The position numbers were made by a program, and so were the translations under genes. From assembly GCA_963662275.1 (NCBI GenBank), contig OY759316.1, forward strand, positions 4,224,001-4,288,000: a stretch of DNA of 64,000 nucleotides. Direction: 5' to 3'. Numbering within the stretch: the first letter of the stretch is position 1; each line of letters starts with the position of its first letter. This DNA comes from Candidatus Cloacimonadales bacterium (GTDB lineage Bacteria; Cloacimonadota; Cloacimonadia; Cloacimonadales; DAONDQ01). This document shows positions 1 through 9,524 of this stretch, piece after piece. The notes under the pieces are model-generated. The model was not told the DNA's origin and did no database searches. It saw only the letters and a list, made by a program, of their open reading frames with translations.

Positions 1-251
1 TTGTAATAATCTAGTATTAAATAGGTGAGTACAAGCTATTTTGATCTGTAAAACAAAGTAATAGACGATAACATGATTGTCATGTAGTGTAGAAAATTTC
101 GATCATCAGTACAAGGGGAAAATGTACTAAACAAAAAGACGACTTTTGTCGTTTTCTTAACTTCTTCATAGGGGTGAAGAAGTTACAAATACAACTTTTT
201 GAGATTTAGTTGTATTTGGCAGAATGCAAATTATGAGGAGTAAAAAAAAGG

Positions 252-3149
252 ATGAAAAAGCTACTATGTAGAACAATTATGGGGATTGTTCTGGTACTTA
301 GTGTGTCTGCATTAATGGCGGATTTCAGAACAATCGGGCCTGGGACAAATCATACAGGCAATTATGAACCATGGGGAAGCCAGGAAGGCTATCACCGATG
401 TGCCCAGCTTTACTTAGCATCAGAACTTGGTAACATGGGTAGTATCACGACCTATGCATGCAATCCGCACTCAACCAAAGAGAGCATTGATATTCCTCTC
501 AAAATTTACATGAAGATGACCACTGCGACTTCAATATCTGCTTCTGCTACGTTTAATTCTATGAAAACAGGAGCTACTCTTGTTTATACTGGAACGATAT
601 TCGCAATTCATGGTGGAGAATGGAATTCGGTAACGTTAAATACACCATTTGATTACACCGGTGGAAATTTGTTGATAATAACAGAATCAAACTGTACCAG
701 TTCCGGACATGCAAATGCGGTATATCATTTTACTACTTCAACAAACAGAAATTGGTATTATCGGGTAAACAATACTCCACCTACTGGTAACGAAACCGGT
801 ACTCTCAATAGTAACCGTGCCGGTATCCAATTAGGCATCAATAACTTCCCTCCTGTACCCAATCCTGCTGTTGCCACAAATCCATTGCCTTCAGCAACGC
901 TGATGGGACCTACTTTCAATTTCACATGGACAGCTCCAACTTCTGGTACACCTCCTTTGGGATATAAGGTTTATCTTGGAACAAATAATCCACCGACGAA
1001 CCTTGTATCTGGAACAGACTTGGGTAATGTTCTTTCTTATACCTATGGTTCTGCATTTAACGCAGGAACAACTTACTATTGGAAAATAATACCCTATAGC
1101 ATAGCCGGTGATTGCACAAGCGCTACCGTATGGAGCTTTTCAACGCAACCAGCAGTGACAGCTATTGCCACGAATCCAAGCCCTGCCAATGGGGCAGTCT
1201 CAGTATTGACAAATGCCTCTCTTTCCTGGGATGCTGTCGCCAATGCAACATCATATGATATCTATTATGGCAGTCCGATTTCAACAACACCTGTTGCCAC
1301 TGTGACAGGTACGAGCTGGACACCGCCTATAATGACGAATGACACTAATTATTCCTGGAAGATTGTACCAAAGAATGTTTTTGGTGCTACTTCCGGAACA
1401 CCTGAAGTGTGGTCATTTACATCTGTCGTTCCAGCACCGTTAGCAGCAGTACTAGTTTCTCCTGTGAATGGTGGTGTTGGTATATTAAAAGATGCATCTC
1501 TTGATTGGACACCAAATAGCAGTGGATATGCACCAACAGGTTATAATCTGTATTTTGGTACAAACTATCCACCAACCAACCTTGTCAATGGGACAGATAT
1601 CGGTAATGTAACAACATTCACACCAGGAACAGATTTGTTACCCGGAACAACCTATTATTGGGAAACAGTTCCTTACAATGCTGGTGGATCTTGTGCAGCA
1701 CCGACAATCGGTTCCTTTACCACAGAACAGGCTGTCACAGGCATTGCTGGAAATCCAAGTCCTACTGACGATGCAACTTCAGTAGCAACGGATGCAAGTC
1801 TTTACTGGGATGCAGTAGCCAATGCCACATCTTATGATGTCTATTTCGGCAGTCCGCTTTCCGAGACACCGGTTGCCACAGTAACCGGCACTTCCTGGAC
1901 ACCTCCGGCAATGGACAACGGCACAGCCTATTCTTGGAAGATCGTACCTAAAAACAGTTTCGGTGTTACTTCCGGTACCCCTGAAGTCTGGACATTTGAT
2001 ACAATCATCGCGGCACCTGAAGCCGTAGTACTGGTCAGTCCGGCGACTCCTGCAACAGACGTTGCAGATAACCCTACTTTTACCTGGACTCCTTCCGAGA
2101 CAGGTACCGCTCCGACTGGTTATAAGTTCTATTTTGGAACAGATAATCCGCCGACCAGCCTGATCGATGGAACAGACCTGGGCAATATCCTTACCTATAC
2201 ACCGGGTGCAGATTTATTACACGGCACTACCTATTACTGGGAAGTTGTTCCTTATAATGAAGGTGGAGATTGCCCTGCACCAACCTTTGGTTCCTTCACA
2301 ACAGAACAGGCTGTCACAGGCATTGCTGGAAATCCAAGTCCTACTGACGATGCAACTTCAGTAGCAACAGGTGCAAGTCTTTCCTGGGATGCAGTAGCCA
2401 ATGCCACAGCTTATGATGTCTATTTCGGCAGTCCGCTTTCCGAGACACCGGTTGCCACAGTAACCGGCACTTCCTGGACGCCTCCGGCAATGGACAACGG
2501 CACAGCCTATTCTTGGAAGATCGTTCCAAAGAACAGTTTTGGTGTTACTTCCGGTACACCTGAAGTCTGGACATTTGATACCATCATCGCGGCTCCGGCA
2601 CCTGTTATCCTGCTTACTCCAACAGAAGCAGCAACAGATATAGCACAAGTACCTACTTTCACTTGGACTCCTGCTGAAACAGGAACAGCTCCAACCGGTT
2701 ATAAGTTCTATATAGGAACTGATAATCCTCCCACAGATCTGGTAGAAGCCATAGACTTGGGTAATGTTCGAACATATACGTTAGGAACTGATTTATTACC
2801 CGCTACGACTTATTATTGGGAAGTTGTATCTTATAATGCAGGTGGAGAAGCTGTGGGGAGTACGATTAGCAGTTTCTCTACGGATGATACTGTTGGTCCC
2901 CCCTATTTAACAATTACACCTGATTATCCTGAAACTGATCAGATGAGTTCCGTTAATGTTACTGGTGCTCGCTTGGACTGGAATGTTGTTCGAGGAGCAA
3001 CTTCCTATAAAATCTACGCATCTGCTGATCCCTATTCAGATTTCAGTACCTGGACATTTCTTGCTGAAGTGCCCACAAATTACTATATCGATTCTGTAGA
3101 AGCTGGATTTAAATTCTATAGAGTCTCTTCAGTCTGTAGCAAAAAGTGA
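252..3149 (+). CDS. Large secreted surface protein with tandem FN3/Ig-like repeats
   Basis: Signal peptide; alternating repeats (WT..P..GYK.Y.GT.NPPT..., SL.WDAVANATSYDVY.G..., YYW.VVPYN.GG); distinct C-terminal domain ending FKFYRVSS. Confidence 0.85.
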   Translation: MKKLLCRTIMGIVLVLSVSALMADFRTIGPGTNHTGNYEPWGSQEGYHRCAQLYLASELGNMGSITTYACNPHSTKESIDIPLKIYMKMTTATSISASATFNSMKTGATLVYTGTIFAIHGGEWNSVTLNTPFDYTGGNLLIITESNCTSSGHANAVYHFTTSTNRNWYYRVNNTPPTGNETGTLNSNRAGIQLGINNFPPVPNPAVATNPLPSATLMGPTFNFTWTAPTSGTPPLGYKVYLGTNNPPTNLVSGTDLGNVLSYTYGSAFNAGTTYYWKIIPYSIAGDCTSATVWSFSTQPAVTAIATNPSPANGAVSVLTNASLSWDAVANATSYDIYYGSPISTTPVATVTGTSWTPPIMTNDTNYSWKIVPKNVFGATSGTPEVWSFTSVVPAPLAAVLVSPVNGGVGILKDASLDWTPNSSGYAPTGYNLYFGTNYPPTNLVNGTDIGNVTTFTPGTDLLPGTTYYWETVPYNAGGSCAAPTIGSFTTEQAVTGIAGNPSPTDDATSVATDASLYWDAVANATSYDVYFGSPLSETPVATVTGTSWTPPAMDNGTAYSWKIVPKNSFGVTSGTPEVWTFDTIIAAPEAVVLVSPATPATDVADNPTFTWTPSETGTAPTGYKFYFGTDNPPTSLIDGTDLGNILTYTPGADLLHGTTYYWEVVPYNEGGDCPAPTFGSFTTEQAVTGIAGNPSPTDDATSVATGASLSWDAVANATAYDVYFGSPLSETPVATVTGTSWTPPAMDNGTAYSWKIVPKNSFGVTSGTPEVWTFDTIIAAPAPVILLTPTEAATDIAQVPTFTWTPAETGTAPTGYKFYIGTDNPPTDLVEAIDLGNVRTYTLGTDLLPATTYYWEVVSYNAGGEAVGSTISSFSTDDTVGPPYLTITPDYPETDQMSSVNVTGARLDWNVVRGATSYKIYASADPYSDFSTWTFLAEVPTNYYIDSVEAGFKFYRVSSVCSKK

Positions 3150-3176
3150 TTACATAAAAACTACTCTAATCAAATT

Positions 3177-3209
3177 AGGCGGAGATATTTTATATCTCCG
3201 CCTTTTTTT
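3177..3209 (+). terminator. Rho-independent terminator
   Basis: aggcggagata/tatctccgcct stem followed by T run, 27 nt after ORF stop. Confidence 0.85.
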
Positions 3210-3300
3210 ATTGAATAGAATGCTAATAGGATTCAATAAATAATCAATTGATTTATCTCTACTTTTGACTACGTAATAGGTTAGCTTAATCCCTTTATAT

Positions 3301-3332
3301 AAAAAAAAGGACTCATCATAAATGATGAGTCC
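3301..3332 (-). terminator. Terminator downstream of tRNA-fMet
   Basis: ggactcatcat/atgatgagtcc stem with A8 on its left (U tract on minus strand). Confidence 0.75.
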
Positions 3333-3341
3333 AATTCTTTT

Positions 3342-3418
<77 letters not shown>

Positions 3419-3541
3419 TCATGTAAATTTTTGGTATCCTGTCTGGGGTTTTATTCTTTTCTGGAGAAATTTAACAAGAAAAGAAAAATGATTTCCTGGT
3501 CCTCCTCGATGCTAATCCAGCAGACGGACGTTTAGTTACGA

Positions 3542-3721
3542 CTAATAACGATTGTTGCTGCGGTAGCCACGGTTTTGGTTTTGTTGTTTTTTAGCACGTC
3601 TGCAGTCGTTACAACGCTGAGGTTCGTTTTCGAATCCTTTTTCTTTGTAGAAAGTTTGTTCGCCTTCTGTGAAGATAAATTCTTTGCCACAGTCTTTACA
3701 AACTAAGGTTTTGTCTGGCAT
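3542..3721 (-). CDS. Small zinc-ribbon protein (zf-trcl-like), 59 aa, absent from the ORF track
   Basis: Hand translation MPDKTLVCKDCGKEFIFTEGEQTFYKEKGFENEPQRCNDCRRAKKQQNQNRGYRSNNRY; two CxxC motifs; AAGGAG RBS. Confidence 0.9.
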   Translation of the reverse strand: MPDKTLVCKDCGKEFIFTEGEQTFYKEKGFENEPQRCNDCRRAKKQQNQNRGYRSNNRY

Positions 3722-3865
3722 ACGGGTCTCCTTTTACTTTTGTGGATGCATCGTCCTCCTTGCTATAACAAGCTCACAGGAAGGCTCCACTTTTCTAGTG
3801 TCCATCTTTCATAGTCATTCATTAAGTGTCAACATATATTATGAAACACTAAGTAAAATATAAAT

Positions 3866-5821
3866 TTATTGGGAAGTAACTTCTTTACTTTTTCGTTCTC
3901 CATACTTCACTAGAAGCATCTCAAATACAAATAACAAAAGAACAGCAGCAAGCAGCCATTTCCATAATTCATAACCGAACCTGGTCTGTAGTATTTTATC
4001 CTGCCAGTTACGACCCAACAGTTTCAGATTTTGTCCTTTTATTGTTGTCATTGGCAGAAATGAACTTTCATCATATTCATGATTTACTGCAAGAGCGGTG
4101 TTTTTTCCATTTTTATCTTCCAAACCATAAATTCCTGGTTGAGCCAGGATATAGCGACTGTTATTCATTTCCAGTCTAGAACCATTGGGAAGTATGAGAT
4201 AAGAGGTTTGCACAGATTCGCCCAGTTTTTGAGCCGGTGACTGGAAATGGCTGTTCGACATGAATTGCAATGTGCGATAGGCAAAAACGGGAAAGCTGCT
4301 ATTCAGTAGAAAGCTATTTCGAATACTGCCAATATCGAATAACCAGAAGAAATCAGGATATTTGGTTACTGCGAAAGGTATATTACCATTTGCAAGTAAA
4401 GTAATGCTTTCACCAGAGGGCTTTGTGCTCCAGAAATCCGTTATTTGAATTTGGTTTTCAATATCTCGATTCAATAACGAAGTGACTGCATGATATTGAT
4501 TAATAAAAGTGACTGGGTTATTCTGTGTGTTAAAGGTATTCCATTTCAATCCGAACTCATTGCCTAAATAATTCTGCCAATCCGGGCTGAAGGTTTTATC
4601 TGCAATATAGAGAATCCCTTTTTTCTCTTGTTGCCAGTTTTGCAGCAATTGTCGCACTCGTGGAGTGAGTTCTTTGATATTGTAGACAATCAATAACGAT
4701 AAATCACTCATAGAAGTGATACTGGTTTGAGAAGGATTGATGTATTCAATTGCGGTAGCTTTTCCTGAATAAATCTGCAACATGGAGTATAAAGAAGGGG
4801 GCAATTGTTTTAAATCCGTGATTATTCCAATGTGCGGATTCAAATCAAAGTAAAAACTGAAATAAGAACGATTATCAGCAGGAAGTCTTTCATCCTGGAT
4901 TTCCACATAACCGCTATGCCAACCGGTGTTTTCGACTTGGATTGGAAAAGAGTCTACTTTCTTTTTCATAGAAGCAACGTCTGTGAATTTCTCCGAAATA
5001 GTTCTTCCATCCATATACAATCGGCACAACACATCAGTATGTATCTCTTTGGAATGATTCACAAGCTCAAATGAGATGGCGTTACTTATCTTCCGATTCA
5101 CAAGCTGTGCATCAGGTCTGGCATTCTGACAGCTCAGGTTTGACCAGTTCTCTAAATGCGAAGCAGGTATCAGGAAAACAGGATATTCATTCTTTGCTGG
5201 CAATTCCTGTTTTTGAGCATCAGTGATAATATAAATTTCCCGATTGGGCATCTGGCTTTGTGATAATTTATCCTGGGCTTCCTTGATCAGCTTAATATAA
5301 GATGTCGGTAGATAAGTGATTCCGATGTCTTCCATTTCCTTCAAAGGTAATTTTCCGAAATGAAGATTGCTATTCAGGCGATTCCATTTTTCATCAGAAG
5401 TCAGCAAGATCACGATATCCTGATCAGAAAGCAGTCCATTGATTTTGGAGATGATCTCTTTGCTTTTTTCCAGATTGGATTGAGTATCCACAAGGTAATC
5501 CATACTATAGGATGTATCCAGAATAATGGCAATTGCTGTTGGTGGATGCTGCGTCGAAGATTTCAGATAGGGTGATTTCAGGGTAGGTCTTGCCAAGGCA
5601 AGAATCGTAAATAGGATGATCATCATTCTAATAATCAGAAGAAGTATATTCAGCAGGTTGATTCTTTTGTTTTGTTTTTTCTGACTTGAAAGGATAAACC
5701 TGATTGAGCTGAACTCCACTCTTCTCGGTTTTTTCTTGGCAAAGAGATAGATCAGCAAGGGAATGATCGTAGCTGCTGCAACGGCAAGGACACTACTGTT
5801 CAGAAAAGATAAACCAAACAT
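3866..5821 (-). CDS. BatA N-terminal / vWA-domain membrane protein
   Basis: N-terminal IPLLIYLF..KPRRVEFSS...LLLIIR...LARP; vWA-like IILDTSYSM; C-terminal ELWKWLL transmembrane anchor. Confidence 0.8.
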   Translation of the reverse strand: MFGLSFLNSSVLAVAAATIIPLLIYLFAKKKPRRVEFSSIRFILSSQKKQNKRINLLNILLLIIRMMIILFTILALARPTLKSPYLKSSTQHPPTAIAIILDTSYSMDYLVDTQSNLEKSKEIISKINGLLSDQDIVILLTSDEKWNRLNSNLHFGKLPLKEMEDIGITYLPTSYIKLIKEAQDKLSQSQMPNREIYIITDAQKQELPAKNEYPVFLIPASHLENWSNLSCQNARPDAQLVNRKISNAISFELVNHSKEIHTDVLCRLYMDGRTISEKFTDVASMKKKVDSFPIQVENTGWHSGYVEIQDERLPADNRSYFSFYFDLNPHIGIITDLKQLPPSLYSMLQIYSGKATAIEYINPSQTSITSMSDLSLLIVYNIKELTPRVRQLLQNWQQEKKGILYIADKTFSPDWQNYLGNEFGLKWNTFNTQNNPVTFINQYHAVTSLLNRDIENQIQITDFWSTKPSGESITLLANGNIPFAVTKYPDFFWLFDIGSIRNSFLLNSSFPVFAYRTLQFMSNSHFQSPAQKLGESVQTSYLILPNGSRLEMNNSRYILAQPGIYGLEDKNGKNTALAVNHEYDESSFLPMTTIKGQNLKLLGRNWQDKILQTRFGYELWKWLLAAVLLLFVFEMLLVKYGERKSKEVTSQ

Positions 5822-6829
5822 CTACATACTCAAACTGACAGAAATCAGATAGTTACATTGTTCAACCTTGAAGTTGGGTCCTACGATGGAAAAATCAATG
5901 CGAAAAGTCTTATAATAATAACCGGAACCGACACTATAGTATATTTTATCCTGTTGTGAGAAGTTATCACTATAAACTCCAGCCCTGAAACCAAGCATTT
6001 GTTTTTCCTGTGGTGTTCCTCCCACCTGAACATCTTTTACAATACCGAGATGATACGTTGTAATAGGGTCTTTCTCGAATGTCATCATCGCACCTGAAAG
6101 GATTTTGATATCTTCCTGTCCCACTTGAATACCCAAAGCACCACGTCGTGTAAGAGTTTTACTGCTTTCCGTCTGCCAGAACAAACCATTCAGGATATCA
6201 TAAAATGCCAAACCATAACTTGTTGACTCAGTTTTATATGCAAAGCCTAAGTCTGTAGATATACCTTTTACCTTATCATCGTTAAAATCTGTGAATGTTA
6301 AATTGATGTCATTCCTGCTGAGATAAACAAGTCTGCCATGAAGATATTTAACCGTAAGACCTGCAGCAAAGTTTTTATCTTTGTCTGAAGTGCCTCCAAA
6401 GGATATCTGCGCTTTTTGGAGTGTGTAATCATAGTATATTTTATCTCCGCTTGTATTCAATGATTCATTGATATGAATGTTTGAAACAGCCTGGTACATC
6501 ATTGCTCCAGTAGAGCTATTGATTACGATGGCAGAGAATTGATTGTTTCTCAGCAGACTACCGATTTGCATAAGTTGGTAGGGAGCAAATTCATCATTCC
6601 TCACAATAGAAAACGATGCTGCAACAGAAGTGGTTTTATTATATGCCAGTAACGCTGGATTATCATAGGAAATGTAATAATCACTCGTATCTGTAAGGTT
6701 TAATCCACCCATAGCTGTAACCAATGGAGACGGATTATGATCCGGTGTGTGGTAATCAAAGCGTTCAATCGGAAAGGCATTTAAAGCAAAAGCTGCAAGG
6801 CATAGCGATGCGATTAGGATGATCCTCAT
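5822..6829 (-). CDS. Putative outer-membrane beta-barrel protein (PorV/FadL-like)
   Basis: Signal peptide MRIILIASLCLAAFALNA; AMGG...NPA.L motif; amphipathic strands; start moved from 6889 to the Met at 6829. Confidence 0.6.
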   Translation of the reverse strand: MRIILIASLCLAAFALNAFPIERFDYHTPDHNPSPLVTAMGGLNLTDTSDYYISYDNPALLAYNKTTSVAASFSIVRNDEFAPYQLMQIGSLLRNNQFSAIVINSSTGAMMYQAVSNIHINESLNTSGDKIYYDYTLQKAQISFGGTSDKDKNFAAGLTVKYLHGRLVYLSRNDINLTFTDFNDDKVKGISTDLGFAYKTESTSYGLAFYDILNGLFWQTESSKTLTRRGALGIQVGQEDIKILSGAMMTFEKDPITTYHLGIVKDVQVGGTPQEKQMLGFRAGVYSDNFSQQDKIYYSVGSGYYYKTFRIDFSIVGPNFKVEQCNYLISVSLSM

Positions 6830-6859
6830 GATATTCCTCATTTTATTAGAAGAGCAGAA

Positions 6860-6879
6860 CCGGCTGAACCCGGAGCTAC
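6860..6879 (-). repeat. GTAG-type REP-like element
   Basis: Minus strand gtagctccgggttcagccgg; resembles gtagctccgcatttcgcgg in the 21.7 kb array. Confidence 0.5.
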
Positions 6880-6889
6880 ATGTTCTCAT

Positions 6890-7786
6890 TTAATTAACTT
6901 CCTGTTGTGATACTTGATTCCTGGAAGCTACAGGCAATTTCTGATATAAATAAACACTGACAGGATAAAGGATAAGTGCTGTCAAAATTCCTGCAATTAC
7001 GTCAATAAAGTAATGATAATGGGCATGAACCGTAGAGAGACATAGCATTAGAGTGACGGGTATCATGCAATAGCCTACATATTTCACATAGCGAATTGCA
7101 GCAAGTGTAATGACGATTGATATCGCCACATGCGAACTGGGAAAAGCTCCTCCTAAATGAGGAGATTTGTTATAAATGAAAGCCATTATTCTAGTAAAAA
7201 TCCCATACTGATATGTCGTACTGGCTTGCATAGCCTCGGGATAAAATCTCCCACCAATGACAGGCAGCCATGAATAAATGAAGTAACAGAAATAAAAAAC
7301 GAAAGTGATTGCAAACAGTGTCTCATGAAAAGCGGTTCTTTTTTTGACATATAAATAAATGGGAATAGCTGCAATCATTAGATAATAGGAAAAATAGGAA
7401 AAATGAGATAGTTCCTGTATCAAATAACCGGAGTACATTTTCCCCCAAAGCAAAGCAGGCTGGAATCCGAATATAGCCTGGTCTATATTTTGGAAGAATG
7501 GATCAAGGAAATTACGAAAGATTATATGATTAACACTTGAGGTAGACTCAAAAAAATAACCGAAAAGAAAGATGGGATAAGCATAACGGATGAATCTTAA
7601 TAAAGTTGAAGAATATTGTTGTTCCATCCATATCACGAGCAGAATTCCCACACCTATGTTGAAATATCTGAGCAAATGGGTTAATGAAGATTCAGCTCTT
7701 GTCCAGCCTATACTCACATAAACCAGGTTCCACAAGATTAGGGCAAAGTTGAGATAATCAATTCCTATAAAGGCTTTTTTTCTCAT
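6890..7786 (-). CDS. PAP2-family membrane phosphoesterase/phosphotransferase (Aur1/Ipt1-like)
   Basis: AFPSSH and HYHYFIDVIAG catalytic motifs; multiple TM helices. Confidence 0.85.
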   Translation of the reverse strand: MRKKAFIGIDYLNFALILWNLVYVSIGWTRAESSLTHLLRYFNIGVGILLVIWMEQQYSSTLLRFIRYAYPIFLFGYFFESTSSVNHIIFRNFLDPFFQNIDQAIFGFQPALLWGKMYSGYLIQELSHFSYFSYYLMIAAIPIYLYVKKRTAFHETLFAITFVFYFCYFIYSWLPVIGGRFYPEAMQASTTYQYGIFTRIMAFIYNKSPHLGGAFPSSHVAISIVITLAAIRYVKYVGYCMIPVTLMLCLSTVHAHYHYFIDVIAGILTALILYPVSVYLYQKLPVASRNQVSQQEVN

Positions 7787-8901
7787 ATCTTGCTATCTAA
7801 AATCCTGAATTTCTTATAGGCACGTGCCATTAAATCTACGGCAATCTGATTCATCATTGTATTTGTTTCCAATACCCATGAATATTCACCTTGGTAGAAG
7901 CCCTTTTTGTGACCATTGATGAAAGAATGATAGTAAAACATAATATCAATTCCTCGGTTCTGGAATTCTTTCACAACCCCCATTGTAAGAACTCTGGCTC
8001 TTCCCAGTTTCTTTGGGAAGAATTTCGTATAATACAACATCCAGAAAATACCTAGAGGAGTAATCCTGCCATTGAACTTCTTTAAGATAACATTATAGTC
8101 AGGCAGACCAACACAAAAACCTGCTGGTTTTCCATCCACTTCCGCAATGAATACCATCTCCGGATCAACGATCGGTAATAATGTTGCTACCAAATGATCA
8201 AATTCCTTCTTTGTCATTGGAACAAAGCCCCAGTTTCTTTCCCAGGCAGCCTGGTACACCGTGAAAACAGTTTCAATATCATGTTTCAAGTCTTTTTTAT
8301 TTAATGTCCTTATTGTGAAGGTGTTCTTTCTTTCGATCATTTTTGCCAATCTGATAAGTCTTTCAGGTACTTCCAATGTTTCAGTCAGCCAAGCATTGAG
8401 ATCCATTGCTTTCACAAATCCAGCTTTTTCTATAAGACCAAGGTAGTAGGGATGATTGTGAACCATCATGACAAAAGGAGGTGTGTCAAAACCTTCAATG
8501 AGAAGCCCACATTCATCATTGGTTGAAAGATTCATTGGTCCGCGGAGTGTATCCATCCCATGTTTGCAATTCCAATCCTTGGCTGTTTCTAATAAGGCAT
8601 CTGCCACTTTCTGATCATTGATGCATTCAAAGAAGCCAAAGAAGCCAACTTTGTCTTCATGGAATTTGTTATGCTGAGTATTGGTATGGGCAGAGATACG
8701 TCCTACGACTTTCCCCTTGCTGATAGCTAGGAATAATTGGACTTCTGAATGTTCATAGTAGGGATTTTCCAATGGATTGAAGTATTTCATTTGTTCAGAA
8801 ATCATGGGTGCAACCCAGTTGGGATCTTTCTTGTACAAGGAAAAAGGTAAGAGGATGAATTGTTTTAACTGCTGCTTTGTTGTTACGGGAATGATTTGCA
8901 T
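7783..8901 (-). CDS. YghO-like GNAT N-acyltransferase (bacterial ceramide synthase-like family)
   Basis: LY.KDPNWV.P, VVGRISA, GFFGFFEC, GLLIEGFDTPP, SWVLETN motifs. Confidence 0.8.
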   Translation of the reverse strand: MQIIPVTTKQQLKQFILLPFSLYKKDPNWVAPMISEQMKYFNPLENPYYEHSEVQLFLAISKGKVVGRISAHTNTQHNKFHEDKVGFFGFFECINDQKVADALLETAKDWNCKHGMDTLRGPMNLSTNDECGLLIEGFDTPPFVMMVHNHPYYLGLIEKAGFVKAMDLNAWLTETLEVPERLIRLAKMIERKNTFTIRTLNKKDLKHDIETVFTVYQAAWERNWGFVPMTKKEFDHLVATLLPIVDPEMVFIAEVDGKPAGFCVGLPDYNVILKKFNGRITPLGIFWMLYYTKFFPKKLGRARVLTMGVVKEFQNRGIDIMFYYHSFINGHKKGFYQGEYSWVLETNTMMNQIAVDLMARAYKKFRILDSKI

Positions 8902-9524
8902 TAGATCTCTCCTAATCTTTTTGATACAAGGATATTCAAAGAGCCCATGATTAGGGCTGCGATTACTAATGGAAACGTTGGAATAGAAGTTAACGCTTCA
9001 CTTGTATGAGGGATAAATTGTCTGATAGACAAATTCACAAATGCCGGTAGGATGACAATCATGTACTGGCCAAAGCGAATTTGTTTAAAACCGAAGATCA
9101 CGATAAATGCACCAAGAACACTTAATGTCATAGGTAACCAGGCAAAAAATGCAACTAGTCCGATGTATGTGAAAATTCCTCGTCCACCTCTTAAGTGGTG
9201 AGTTAATGGCAAGCAATGTCCAATAAGGACGAAGATACCAAAAAGTACCATGTCATTAGTTTGAGTTAAGGGCTCAGCTATAAATCCTAGAGCAAATTTA
9301 AGGACTAATAAAAAAACATAAGTTTTAGCAACATCAATCGCTCCAACCAGAATGCCGAGTATTTTACTGACATTTGTATAGATGTTTTCTGTATCAGCCA
9401 GTCCACTACCGATTCTATCCAAGTTTAGATTTCGATAGGTACGGGCTATAAACCTGGATGTTGAAGCGCAGCCAAACAGATATGAAAGCAGACAAACACC
9501 GATTATAATTAGAACATTAATCAA
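8901..9524 (-). CDS. plsY: PlsY-like glycerol-3-phosphate acyltransferase (divergent)
   Basis: YLFG, GSG..., IDVAK, GHCLP...GGRG motifs; TTG start. Confidence 0.7.
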   Translation of the reverse strand: MINVLIIIGVCLLSYLFGCASTSRFIARTYRNLNLDRIGSGLADTENIYTNVSKILGILVGAIDVAKTYVFLLVLKFALGFIAEPLTQTNDMVLFGIFVLIGHCLPLTHHLRGGRGIFTYIGLVAFFAWLPMTLSVLGAFIVIFGFKQIRFGQYMIVILPAFVNLSIRQFIPHTSEALTSIPTFPLVIAALIMGSLNILVSKRLGEI

